Source of the DNA: Podarcis bocagei
Taxonomy: Eukaryota
Reading direction: 5' to 3' (one strand)
Assembly: GCA_964188305.1 (NCBI GenBank)
Contig: OZ076892.1
DNA length: 64,000 bases
In this document: in pieces, positions 36,401 through 50,000 of the stretch
Position numbering within the stretch: position 1 is the first letter of the stretch
Layout of the letters: the number at the start of each line of letters is the position of its first letter
Translations under genes and position numbers: made by a program
The notes under the pieces: generated by a model
Told to the model about the DNA's origin: nothing
Databases searched by the model: none
What the model saw: the letters and a program-made list of their open reading frames with translations, nothing else

Positions 36401-39400
36401 CAGTGGCCCATCAGACACCTCAGTGAGGACCCCACAAGCAGCAGCAGCAGCTTCTTCTTCTTCTTCTTCTTCTTCTTCTTCTTCTTCTTCTTCTTCTTCT
36501 TCTTCCTTGGCGATCACTCGTAGCCAAGTAAGATTGTCTTCCATAAACACGGTTTTAACAATGAGTCCATAAGTGACTGTGGAGGTGAATTCTGCATCCA
36601 TACATCCTTCCAAAGTGGGGACATAGGTTTCTGGGCAGGAGTTGATCATGGTGATGGTTTGCCAAGTGTGCCTTCCTCTTAGCATGTTTCTCCCTTTCAT
36701 CCTGAGTCTGAGTGTTTTCAAAGCCCATGACACCTTTGGTAAAGGCTGTTCTCCCATTGGAGCGCTCGCAGCCAAGTGTTTCCCACAAACAGGACATGGG
36801 AGGCCATGTCTCCCTCCTGTCCCTTTTGTTGCCCAGTGACTGGCACTTGGAAGCATCTTCCACCTCTCATCCTGGAGGCTTTGTGACCAGGAAATGAGGC
36901 GAGCTCAAGAGCTGCTTTTCTGCAGCGCTGTTGCAGGGCAGTGGGTCCCATGCAGCCCCCAGTAAAATTAAGGTGCAGAGTCAGCAGTACCTGGTGGGCT
37001 TGCTCCCTGTGTCTTCTGGAATATTGAAATGAGATTGCATAATATCCCCTGTGACTTTTAAAAAATATTTTAAAAATTATTTTATAGATGTAATATAAAC
37101 CTGCTTTTTTCTCTGTTCCATGCATGCCTCCTAATACCTCCTAAAAGGGGCAGCATGCATTCCTTCCAGCCATTCTCTGTATGGAACTGAATTGGTTGCT
37201 AACTGTGAGGCTGCCAATTTTCTTCCCTTCCTTCCAAATCTGCTTGGAAGGGAGACGTGATCTGCCCTTGGGAGTAGCAGGAGCCTTTGTACTTCCTTGG
37301 AATTGGAGTAATATATTGACATCCCACTGTTCTTCCGTTGTGGAGCTCAAGACTATGCACATGGCGCTTCCAAGTGGTCTGCACATCCGTGCACTGACAA
37401 GACGCAAACCTGTGTGGCTTTTGCAATGTGGCTACATCACGTGCCCCCGGGACCAAATCAATAAGCACAAGCTATTATTAGTAACAAAACAAATCACAGA
37501 AGGGGGTTTGCAGCATGCAGGGCAACACCAGGAGCAGGGAGGAAATAAGTTACATCCTCTTGGTTATGTGTGCATCTTTCATAATGGGATGGAATGTCAA
37601 TATGTTGCTTTCCTTCTTCCGAAAGCCAAAGAGAATAATTTTTTTCAGCAACATGCAGCCACACAGATCCATGAGATGGTACTCAGTCAACAGCAGTTGC
37701 TTTAGTTGCCACAGATTTTTAAGGGTTTGTTCTTAAGCATACAAAATGGAATGGTGGAAGCAAAATGGAAAAAAGTATTCAATCTACAGACAAAGGATGG
37801 GAGCAGTTGCTGGAAAATAGCTGCCAGCATTACTGGAATAGAGAATGACTTTGCTTTCATTCAGCTGGCAGCTTAGGAAAGCAAGCAAAGGAGCAATATT
37901 TTAGTGATTTATGGGAGATAAACTTTGTCTCTTTGCAAGGTGAAAGCTGTATATATGGGAAGTGTTTGTTGAGGTGAAATGATGAACCAAGGAGCCTGTT
38001 GCATTGTGATTTTCTGTGTGCTGTTTTTATATGGACTCAATATAGGCAGCTAAGTATTGAGAAGAAGTCATTCAGCAAATGCCATTGACAATAGGGAAAC
38101 CAAATGGTACAAGTTGCCCTGAGGTTATTTATGCTGAAGGGCGGTATAGGAATTCATTGAGTGAATGAATGAAACCATGTTCCTGCCTGATCTTAACTTC
38201 TGTCTCCTTTTACCTTTAGCACTGAGAGAATCCAGGTGACCCTGAACCTCGATGGAATTGTCCAAGTATTGGACTGTCACCTTCACGATTCAACCATTGG
38301 GATGATGACACGGATAGCAGTCCTGAAGTGGCTGTATCACTTGTACATCAAGACGCCTCGCAAGGCAAGTCTGCTCATTGATCAGATCAGGCCTGCAGCA
38401 TGGCCATTGGCCCACATTAGAGTTTCTTTTCCTCCTGACTCTTCCTTGAAGAGCAGCTAAGATGCTATTCTTAAAGCTTTGGAAAGCAAGCTTGCCTCTT
38501 AAGAATATAGTGGTACCTTGGTTCTCAAACTGAATCTGTTCCAGAAGTCTGTTCCAAAACCAAAGCGTTCCAAAACCGAGGCATGCTTTCCCATAGAAAG
38601 TAATGCAAAATGGATTCATCTGTTCCAGACTTTTAAAAACAACCCCTAAAACAGTAATTTAACATGAATTTTTTTATCTAATGAGACCATTGATCCTTAA
38701 GATGAAAGAAATAATCAATGTACTGTACAATAAAATAAAATAAATTAGACAGTATTGTAGATGATAAAAATTAAAATTATTTTTTTTCGTACCTGCACTG
38801 ATGATAGTCATTGTTTGGATGGGGGCTTTTATCCATTTCTACAGTCATACAATCAATCCATCTTAAAACGAAGAACAAGCCACAGTCACAAAAACGAAAA
38901 AGCCACACAAACAAAATTGCAAAAAATAGCAAAAACAAAAGCACCAAATAGAAGCTCCAAATATCACCTTGGAACACTGCAATCGGAAATGGAAGGCTTT
39001 GATTACAATGGGAGGGGGTGTGCAAATTAGCAGTGCAACAGTGAAAATGGAAGCTCAGGACCACATTCGGCTACTAAAGCAAAGTTCGCAAACCGGAACA
39101 CTGACTTCTGGGTTTGCAGCGTTCAAGTTCCAAGTTGTTTGGGGACTAAGCTGTTCGAAAACTGAGGTACCACTGTACAGCATTGTACTCAGGATACATG
39201 TGCTTTTTCAGCCCAGAAGGAACTAATTTTTTTTATTAAGTGAGGCACAGTTGTTGAGTCAGAGAAATTTGGGAGCTTGAAACATTCAATTGCAGAAGTT
39301 TTCTTCCTTTTCTCCTCCAGCTTTTCTGCCCCCCCCCCTTTGGTGCTGATTGGCTTGGTAATAAAGCTGTTTGTAATGGATGGAAGCCTAAATTGTTTCT

Positions 39401-42400
39401 TGCTTTACATAGAGTCTGCTGAAAGTGCTACGGTTATGAGTGCTCTGGCTCAGTTTGCATGTAATGCTAAGCCAAGCCATGCTTCAGTGTGAACACACAG
39501 GCTTCCCGAGAGGAGATCACAGCTGCTTTTCTCTCCCTCCATGCTGCTGCGCAGCCCTGACCTAAGCTGTGGTTTGGCATGGAAAGTGCTCTGAACCTGG
39601 GACCTGTCTCACTGCAGACAAACCATGAGCTGTAAATCAAGAAAAGCCTCGGCTGCATGGTTTGTCTCCTCTCTGCGTGTTCATGTTAAAACACAGTTTG
39701 GCTGAGTGTTACGTGCAAACTAGTTCAATATATCAAAAAGCAATAGAATACTTTTCAAAGGAAGAAGCCCTTCCTCTAGTTGGTGACTCTGGCCTCAGCT
39801 GCAGAGTTTGTTTGGTAAGCTTGTGGGAAAGGAGGGCATCTTTACAGCACAAGGACTGGGATGCTCTTAAACCTGGAGGCAGCCTTTGCTGCTGTGGTGG
39901 CAGCCTCTGGCAGAGCACCAGACACAGTGACTTCTGTGACTGTTTTGGACTTCTTTTGCCTTTCAGATGTTCCGGCATACAGACAGCCTGTTTCCCATCT
40001 TGTTAAAGACATTATCTGATGAGTCTGACGAGGTGAGCATAAATCCTGCACTGGAAACATTTACCTCCATTTATTTTATTTGTGTTTTTTTAAACAACAA
40101 CAACAACCACCTGTGTACTGAGAGAGTAAAAGTGGCTAGTAGGCTACTCAGACGAAAGGTGAAAAGTTCATCAAATTCATTGTCTCCCGAGCACTGATGC
40201 TCTTGGGCAGCTCTATTTAGCGGGTTAGGTTGTAAACAGAGTGAAGCACTGTCAAACCACCCACATGTTAAGAGGTGATTGAAAGAAGTGGCTTTCAGAG
40301 TTTCCCTTCCTCAGTCGCATATTCTCAGCGTGGAACTTCAGATGGTGCTTCCCTTGGAGGCCATGGCAGTTTGAGCTGTTGAATAATGGAAGCAATTGTA
40401 CTAGTCACATTTGCCTGGAAGCTGAGAGGCTGCTGTCTCTGGTGAAGCTTCTAATTTGATTCTGCCTCATGACTCGGAGGGGATGGTTCTCAGGAATGTC
40501 CTCCTGCGATCGCCTAGAATAAAAATCCATAGCAAGTTCAGCTTCACTTTCACAAGAAGGGAGCTGCCTGCTGAAGTATTCCCACTTGGTGGATCTTGCG
40601 CCAGGATGAGACCCTTTCTATCATCTGGCTTTGACTTCTCTGCTACTTTCTTTGTTGCAAAGAGGCTGGGATATTGTTGGCATACTGAAGATATATGAAG
40701 TTGGATACACTTGGCTGCTGAGGCCCTGCACGCAGGTCCTTAGTAAGCGATCATTGTGGTCCAGGGCATCCTTTGTTAGAAGTTAGTGCCATGTGTCCTT
40801 GTCCGCAAGTTGGGAAGTACATGCATCTTGGAGTCACATACCATGATCCAAATTACACTGAAAGGAATGAGCAACCAGATAGCAGATCAAAGTTTGGAAA
40901 TACGCTGTTTATTACAAATAGAGGCCGTTATTATTTGCATAGTATTTGGTTTGGACTGGCAGCCTGGAAGTTAAATCTAGGACACAGTACAAATGTGAGG
41001 GATCTAATAGCAAATATGGACAGTAAAGATTTGCTGGAGCCAGGTAGACAGGTGTGGAGTTGAATTGCCTTAGAGGGGGAAGAAGGATGCAAACACGCAT
41101 CTCTGCAAAGCAGCATCAGTACCTGTGTGAGAGAAAAACTGAAGCTCAGATATAACCTATTCCCAGATGGGGAGCAATTCTTCTTCGGCTAGGTAGGTGG
41201 GTTGCAGTTAATCAGGAGATTGTCTTGGCACTTGGACCCCTGGAGTTACTTAAGCTGCCTGAACATCTGGCTCTTCATCGGTAATATGTATTGCTGCCAA
41301 CAAACAACCAGAAAAAAGGTAGTTTGGGAGACTGGTGGTAGGCTGAACCCCTGTAAGTTTTCTTGAGCTCTGTATTGCATCTGTATTGCTGTGAAAGGTG
41401 TCTGTGTGTTTTGTGCCTCTCCTGGAGCCCTCCCTAAGCAGATTTAAAAAGACAGGAGGGAGGAAAGGCAAGGAGAAAGGGGGGCAACGTTAACAAGGAG
41501 TGGAACAACTGAGGTTGCCCAAAAGCCAGCCTTGATCAGACAAAGATGGAATGGGCTTGAATTGAATTGAATGGGCTTGAATAGACCACTAACATTTAGA
41601 AGTAGAATTCTTTTTCTGGCTACTCCAGGAAGGGTTTCCCCCTGCAACAAAGGGGAACTGGAGTGCTAGTTGGATCTGAGCTTTCCCACTGGGCGTGTTG
41701 AGAGCCAAAATGCATGATGCTCAAGAAGGGGTTCCAGCTGCATACTGGAGGTATGGAGGTACATGTTTTGCATGGAGGATCCTAACTTTGATGGATGCTA
41801 ATGGGTGTTCGGGTACCTAGGATGTGTTTGTCAGGGAGTTGCAGTGCCTTGGGCATGAGGTGTTCTCCAATAGGGCTCTGAGTAAGCCAGATCAAGATGT
41901 ACCTTGGGTGGATTGATCAGATTAGAGGTTGGGAAGAAAAGAAGGCCTTTACCATTTCCCAGGATCTGCACTATGATCCTTCACTGGCAAGAGTCCCACC
42001 TGTTGGTTGGTTGGTTGGTTGATTGATTGATTGGTTGGTTGGTTGATGCAAGGGCACACTGTGTCTTACTTGCCCAGCAAGCCAGAGATTTCAGAGTCAA
42101 GATGCCTGGGAGCATCCTTGAGACCACTGTGAGGCTAAGCTCCTTGCCCACGATGTAGGATCCCATGGGAACAGCCAGCCCATGGCCCTGGTGCCACTGG
42201 GTGAGTGGAAGGAAGGAAGGAAGGAGAGGTGCTTGTTTGGGGGGGGCGCTCACTGAGACGTTTGGCAGGGAAGAGACTGGCATTTGCTCAGGGTACGGAG
42301 ACATCCATGTGGTTGTCCTGAAACCATTTAGGATGGTGGGGAGACAAATTGCAAATGCTTCTGAAGATCTTCATGCTCTCCCCCACATTCCTGTGCCCCC

Positions 42401-45200
42401 CTCTGCTGCAGGGCTTTCCTGAGGGAGGGGCTTTCCTGCACTCCCCTTCCTCGCTCCGTTATCGCCCAGAGCTGCAAGCCCTCTTGCCCCAGCCTTTCCT
42501 GCGGAATGGGCTTTTTCACACTGAGTCCCATGGGGCTTTTCTCCATGTGATGCAGATCCCAAGTACAATGAAGCTTAACAAAAGCTTGTGCCAAAGTGAA
42601 TGGCTGCCTTTATCCGTTTATGCTTTTATTTGTGCTTGGTTGGATTTCGGCCCGCAGTTCCCCCGGTTTCCCAGCTCCCAGCTTGCCAAGGCTGAAATTT
42701 GGGACTTTGGTGTGTTACAAAGAACAAGGAGGGTGAGCTTGACGTGACCTCGGATGTGCTTCCTTCCCCTTGTTCTCGCTGTAGTCCTGGAGTCACTGTT
42801 TCATTTGCAGGCCAGCGGATTTGCAGGCGAAGGTGGCAGCCTCCAGGGACAATGTGGGTGTGGGAGAGCACTTTTAGGGACTGGGCAGCCCTAGGGTGAG
42901 GCAGGCAACTTATTCAGATGTGCGAGCTGGTGCCATGGGAGAGGCAAGCTCCTCTGCCACCCCTCCTTTTAGTTTGTGTACGTACACTCTAGACTCAGGG
43001 AAAACATTTGGGTAGTCAGAGGTTATGAATTGGACTTTAGAAAATATCGAATGAATAAAAGGTGCACGTTGGGTCATCAAAATTCGTAACCTCTCCTATG
43101 TGGTCTGAACTGGAGGGGACTAATCGGGAAGATCTTGGGGTTGTGGTAGATGGCTCATTGAGAATGGTGTTGGCACATCTGGGCATATCCCATTTTGTTT
43201 CAGTGGGGCTTGCATGGGATAAATTCCCCAGTGGATTGTGGCTTCTAATGATGGCTGCTGCTGCTGCTGCTTTGGGGCCTTGCCAGCATTTGTGTTAAGC
43301 CACAATAGCTTAAATAAGTGTGGGAAGAAGGGAGGGACTTTCCTGCTTTCAGGCAATGTCAGTTCCAGATTGAACAGAAGCCGGATGGGGACTGTGAAAT
43401 TTTCTGGTTCAGAGACCAAGGGGCAAAGTTCACCATCCCTTTCCCCCACTGAAAAGGGGGCTAGTTAAGTTGTCACTGGAAGATTGATTGGTTTCTCTTG
43501 GAAATGGGGAAGAGGGCTCAAGCTTAGTCTTCACATTGCACTCTTTTTTTTGGTGAGGGTCTGCCAAATAGGGGAGATCTTGTTCTTGACCAGGTTTCTT
43601 CTTTCTCTGATGGTTGTACAAAAAGAAAATTAAGTAGAGGAGCCCTTTGAGGCAACAGAGAGAGAGAGAGAGAGCTTGCTGCCTGCCCTTGCAGAAGGGG
43701 AGTTGCGTTCAGGGCCCAGGCCGCCTTCCTATGAGATGGATGGGGCCCCTTCAGCCCTCCCACCTCCCAGTGGGGCTGAGCAGCTTGGGGTCTTAGATTT
43801 CCCTACAGTTGGGAGCATCAAGTGTTCTGTCAGGCACTGGCCACTAGGGGGCCTCAGAGTCTGCAGCAGCCTCATTTTCTGTTGCCTGGTCCCCTGCCAT
43901 TCAGAAACCTGTGCGGAAGAGCTTCTGGTAGCACGGTACTGTTTGCACTTGGCAGGTTGTGTTCCACTGGTTCATCCATCAGCCCAGGGGCAGTTGATCT
44001 GAACATTAAGCTGGAGGACATTCTTCGGTCTGTGTTTGTCACCTAGATGCCCAGGTGACTTCTGTGGCCAGGATGGCCTCGCCACAATGGTCCATGCATT
44101 GCTAACCTTGGGACTTGATCGCTGTAACACACATTGTGTGGGGCTGCCTTGTAGCTGCTCTGGAAGCTGCAACTAGTGCAGAATAATAATAATAATTTTA
44201 TTATTTCTACTCGCCCATCTGGCTGGGTTGCCCAGAATGAGGCGGCAAAGCTGCTCACAGGAGCAGATTTACTGGCAGCATGTTACTTAGCCCTGAGAGA
44301 GCTGCACTGGTTGCCAATTCAGGGTTCTTGTGTTAGTCGTAAACAACCTGGAGCAAAAGTAACTCAAGGACTTGCCTGGTCTGTTTCTCTCCACCTCCAT
44401 CACTGAGATCCTGTAATGGGGTGTTTCTGGTGGGCTTGGCTGGCTTGTGGAACTCACTGCCAATAGAGGGCTCGGCAAAAACAATCCCTGCCCTCTTGTA
44501 GTCATCTTCTGAAAACTGTGTTATTTAGACAGGCTTTTGAAACTTGAATTCTTTTTTTCTCTAGCCAGTATTTATTGATTCTGTTGATGTTTCTGTTGAT
44601 TTTATTTCCATGTTTTTATGTGCCTATAAATACTTAAACAAATAGACATGCTAGTAGTTGGGGAACTGAGCCACGTGGCATCGGATTGGGGCAGCAGCAG
44701 CACCACCTTTTCCTGTTCTTTCTGGAGGAGGATCTGGAGCTTCCCCCACTGGCTTTTCTGTGGTTGGGGCTAACTCACAAGTTGCATCATCACCCTGCCT
44801 ATCCCAAGTATAAGGAGGCCTCTATCCTTTGAGATACTGCCCTCTGCGGATGGTAGGAAGTGAGGGGGAAGCAGCAGCAGCAGCAGCAGCTCCTTTTTCG
44901 TGAAGGGAAGATGCTTCTCAGTTGCTGTCGAATGTGTCACGTCTGCCTGAGCGCTGGAGGTCTGCCAGAGGCCAGCTTCATTTCCTTTAGCTCCAGTTAT
45001 CTTTGCCAGCTCTGCTCCCTTGACCATGCGCCTCTTCAGAAGGCAGCAGAGAGGCAAGGGAAGCAAGGCAGAGAGCTCAGGGTGACTCCTTTGGTAACCA
45101 GAAACCTGCCCACCAGTGGTGGCGGTGGGACGAGTGGATGGGATGTGACAGCAGTGTCAGGCAGATGTTTCTGCTCAGGATGCTGACTTTTGGACTTGTA

Positions 45201-45232
<32 letters not shown>

Positions 45233-46960
45233 CCCTTTGTTGGTGAGCAGCAGAGGATAGCTTTGCACAAAAGTAGGTTGCAAGAGGATGCAAGAGCACC
45301 AATGAAGAGTGCTAAATAATTGCTGTGTGTAGATTCTGTGTGAAATGGTGTTCCTGGGATCTCAGGAGGCTAATATCAAGCCGTGAGGTTCTCTTTTCGA
45401 CGTTGTGGCAAAGTTATCTCCTGAATAATGGCATTCCCACTGCCCCCGCAGAAGCTATGTGCACGTACTGCAAAGCTGCCTTCATTTTATGGAAAGAAGT
45501 GACCCATTTACGCAATGCTCGTAATGCACCTGTATCGTGTAGCTCTGATACTAGGGGTGCGGAAGGACCAGGGCAGGCACAGGGTGCTGAAGCCCTGGAG
45601 GCTACAGGAATTCTGGCTCAAAGCCCAGACCCAACATTGCCCCCTTTTGCAGCAGTGGGTATGAGAGGTTTTCAGGGAGCCGATTCCAACACGCGGCACC
45701 AGTTCCTGCACTGGTGATCCTGGGACAGATATGCAATTCCCCACAGACCACTTTCCAGCCTTGGTGGCATTTTGTGTTACCGTCCTTAAAGAGGCAGCAG
45801 GATGCACTCCCGAGGTGCTGAGGCCTGGCACTCTTGAGTATTTGAGTCTTGAGAGGAGGAGTGTGTGTTGTGTGCTTTCATGCACTGCCTCTTCAGCAAG
45901 ACTGGGGCAGCTTGCACATGAGCCAGTGGAGCAAACATCAGATTGGTTCAACTGGAACATGAGGCACATTAACTTGACCTAGATCTGGTTAGCAGAGGAA
46001 GTCTCATAGACATGCATTGGGGGAAGGCAGTAGCAGCAGCAGCAGCAGCAGGATTTTCATTACTAGAAAACGGCTCCTTGAAATGCTTTTGCTCTCCACT
46101 CAGCAAAGCTAGTGTCATGTGGAAGGCTGAGCTGTGTTTTTTCCACTTTCCGTCACTCTCAGCCATTCCGCAGTGGTAGTAAACATATTAGATGCAAAAT
46201 CCCAAAACCTCCTAGCAGTGCTGTTTCCTAATCGTTGTGGTTATGGACAAATACATGAAAACATGTCAAAAAAGCTCAGCTTTATACTGTGATTCACATG
46301 CATTCTTTGCCATTCCCAATAAGGCTGTTGCTCCTTCCACCCTCCCCCTTTGGTGTGTCTCTGCTCTCATCTTTTCCATAAGGCACATCTGACCAGATCC
46401 AGTATCTGAGAAGAAATAAAAACAGATTTCCAGATTACGTAGAACTTGGGCAAAAGCTGCAGCGACCTGTGCAAACCAGATTAATATTTGCACGGATGCA
46501 TGCTATTATTTTCCCCCACCTTCGGAGAATAGGAGCATCTCTCGCTGCCGGTTTTATCTAGGGCTTTTCTTTCTTTGAGCCTAAATCCTAAAAAAGTAAT
46601 CTCACCTTCCCATTTTTAAAAATAATCTCTGCCAGCTGATCTGGTGGCTCTTAATGCTGGGGGCGGGTGGCTGTGCTTCTGGGCTGCACCCCTTCCCCCA
46701 CCAGGAAGCCCCCCTCCACGCTCTGCCTTGTCCGTGGGGGAGGGGAAGGGCCTCTGTGGCCTCAGCCCTTTCATGTCCAATAATGGGAGCTTAAAGAGCT
46801 GCTGCCTCGGCTGCTTCTGCTTCTGCTGCTCTCAGATGATGGGACCCAGCTGATGCGCCTTTCTGGCACCTGGCCTGTTGCCGTGGCAACGTTAGGCATT
46901 TGTGTTCCTGCAGGATATTGCTTTTCTTACACCCTTCCAGTTTCATTCTTTCGCTCGCAC

Positions 46961-47006
<46 letters not shown>

Positions 47007-50000
47007 CTGCCTGCTGGAGGCTTGCTTAGTGGAAAGATGCATCGCGCATGCAAAACACTCTCCCTCCCCCTCCCCGCCATCCTGGTTGAGCTCCTCTTGG
47101 TAGGATGCACCATTTCAGTTCATTCAAAGGCAGCCTTGCATGTGGAAACCGCCAGGCTGAATAGGGTCCAGGGGGGTCCAGCTAACTTCACAAGGCAAGG
47201 CAGTGCACATCAAAAATGGGTATGCACAAACTCGTTTGCTCGTTCCTCTTCCAGGGCAGCAGTGGCCAAGATGTGGTGCTTTCCCCTGACAGCCTCCTGG
47301 TGCTGCAGCTGCTTGCTGCTCAATGTCATTCCCAAGTGGTTCCACATTGTCTATATAGGTTCAGCAGTAGGGTGTGATGGGACACTGGCCATTGCTGAGG
47401 AGAGGTAGTAGGGGGAGGCCTTTTGCCTTCATGTAGGTGCTGGGCCTTGGCCAGAGCAGAAAACTTCACGCTGCTCATGTGGAGCCATCCTTCCTTCCTT
47501 GCTTGCAGAGAGTGCTCAAAGTTCATGATCAGGGGCTACCATATACCAAACGCTCTTCCTCTTCCAAGGCCAGGCTGTGTGGCGGAATAACTGAGCCTCA
47601 CTTGTCCCAACCCAGGGGAAGGATCAGGTGAGGAGACCCTGGGCAAGAAGCAGAGCTCACCCACTGAGGTCACCTTCACACCATACATTTAAAGCACTGC
47701 AAATAGTCAGTGACTTCCCCCAAGTAATTCTGGGAACTGCCGTTGGCTATGGGTGCAGAGAGTTGCGGAGAGTTATTCCTCTCACAGAGCTACCATGTCC
47801 CAAGTTCCCTTTGAAGAGGGATTGACTGTTAAACCACTTGGAGGATTTTATAGCTCTAATGATGCTCCCCTAACAACTCTCAGCACCTTTAACAAACTGC
47901 AACTCCCAGAGTTCTTTGGGGGAAGTAATGACTGTTCAAAGTGGTATTAAAATGCTTCAAATGTGTGGTGTGATTAGGGAAGGCGGGTTAGAGTGGACAC
48001 ATTGCAAAAGTGAGAGGCCTATACTGAGTCACCAGAATAAAACCATGTGTGCTGCCTCTGTTTTGGCAGTGGAGCACAATGCCTTCCTGGGCTCCTGTGG
48101 GCAGATTGTGCTACCGGTGCAGTGGTGGTGATGCCACGGCCGCGAAGCAAGTTCATGATACTTGTGGCAGCTTGACAGGTGGTTGAGCGACATACTAAAA
48201 CATGCAATGTGCACAATGCAGGACAGGTGGCAAGCTTGGTGCTGTACACATGCCTGGTTTGGTGCTTTGTTGTTGTTTTTTTCCTTTAGTGGACCTTGGG
48301 CAGGGGCTGAAGCTGGTGAAAGGCCCAAGGCCCAGCCTCTGGCACTTGGGGGCATCTTTGCCCAAGACCATGAAAATCCTGTTGCCAGTCAGAGCAGACA
48401 ACACTGTGGGCCTAATGCTTCATGTATCAGGCAGCATCATAGTAGGGGCAAGGGCAGTCTTCCCAGCCAGGGGCCCTCCAGATTTTTTTTCTACAACTCC
48501 CATCAGCCCCAGACAGCACAGCCATGGGGCTAATAGGAGTTGTTGTCCAAAACACCTGGAAGGCACCCAAGTTGGCAGAGGCTGGGTTAGAGTGTGGGAT
48601 TAGGACTGAGAAGATCCAGATTCAAATTCTCAGTCAGCCACAAAACTGGCCTTGGGGTCAGTCACTATAGCTCTCGGGCCAGCCTACTGCTCAGGGTGGT
48701 TGTGAAGATAAAATTAGTGGTGAGAACTATGGAGGCTATCCTGAGCTCCTTGGAGGAAAAATGGAGGGGTAATAAATATATTTCCTTTTTCTTTCTTCAT
48801 TTTTGCATGCTCACCTTACCTGATCCCATTGACTGGGGGTGTTGGCTTGACAGGTAATCATCTCTTGGAAAAGCATTCCTGGTGAGGATAAGGGTGATGA
48901 AAACAGGTCCTTATCCTCCCGAAAGCCTCAATTCCTGCTGACAATGGCAACAGTGACTTGCCATGCCCACGACAACCTCTAAAATGCCTATGCAGAGGAC
49001 CCTCTGCACTAAGTCCTCATCATGGAGCCAGTGAAGAAATTTCCCTTTGGATGTTTGAATTTGCTCTTAGTTCAGAACTAGATTTGCTGGGATGTCCTGC
49101 TTATGCTCTGAGTGACACCCCTACACCACCTTCCCTTGCCCAAGGCACTTAAGAGGAAAGTGAGACCTTCCATCATTGTGTCGCAAGTTTCCCCACCATC
49201 ATAAATGGTGGCCGGTAAGGGACATTTGTGTGTGTGTGTGGATAGACATGCAGCATGGAAGTATTATATTGCACAGTTTGGATATCTAGAAATTATGGGA
49301 TGCAGGGCAGGAGATGTGGGAGCTGCACCATCAAGCTTGTCCATATTCTTTCAAGTGCAGGGATGGAAGTGAGTTCATAAGTCTCATAGAAATCAGAAGA
49401 TCAATCAGGGATTGAATGTCAGATCATAAGGGCAAGGCAGAACCTGTTCAAAAGACACCATGCCTGCCTGCTTGCCAGTTTGACCTTTGTGGTTGCCATG
49501 GGCTAGTTTTACTAGAAGCCGTCGTTGTGTTTGGGGTGTACCTATTGCAGGTTAATAACAGCTGGGTATCGCTTGGCTTCCACACTCCTACCTCAAATCC
49601 TGTATTTGGCTTAAGCTCCATTCATTTGATTTAAACACTTTCCCATTATTTTAAATCCATGCATTTCAAGAGCACACACTATAGCTATGACTGATAAAAC
49701 AGTTTGCAATGGAGTATTCCATATTCAGGATCGTTAAGAAAGGAACTGAAAATAAAACTGGCAATATTAAAGTGGCCTTGTACAAACCTTTAGAGCCTCT
49801 GCATTTGGAATACTGGTTTCAGTTCTGGTTACCGTATCTCAAAAATGGATATTGTGGAGCTGGGGAAAGTGCACAGGAAAAGAGCACAGGGAATCCTTGT
49901 CTTCTCTGCCTGCCTTGTCAGCCACCCCTTGATCTCCTTTTATTCCTTGATTCCAGGTTATCCTCAAGGACCTTGAAGTCTTGGCCGAGATTGCATCCTC

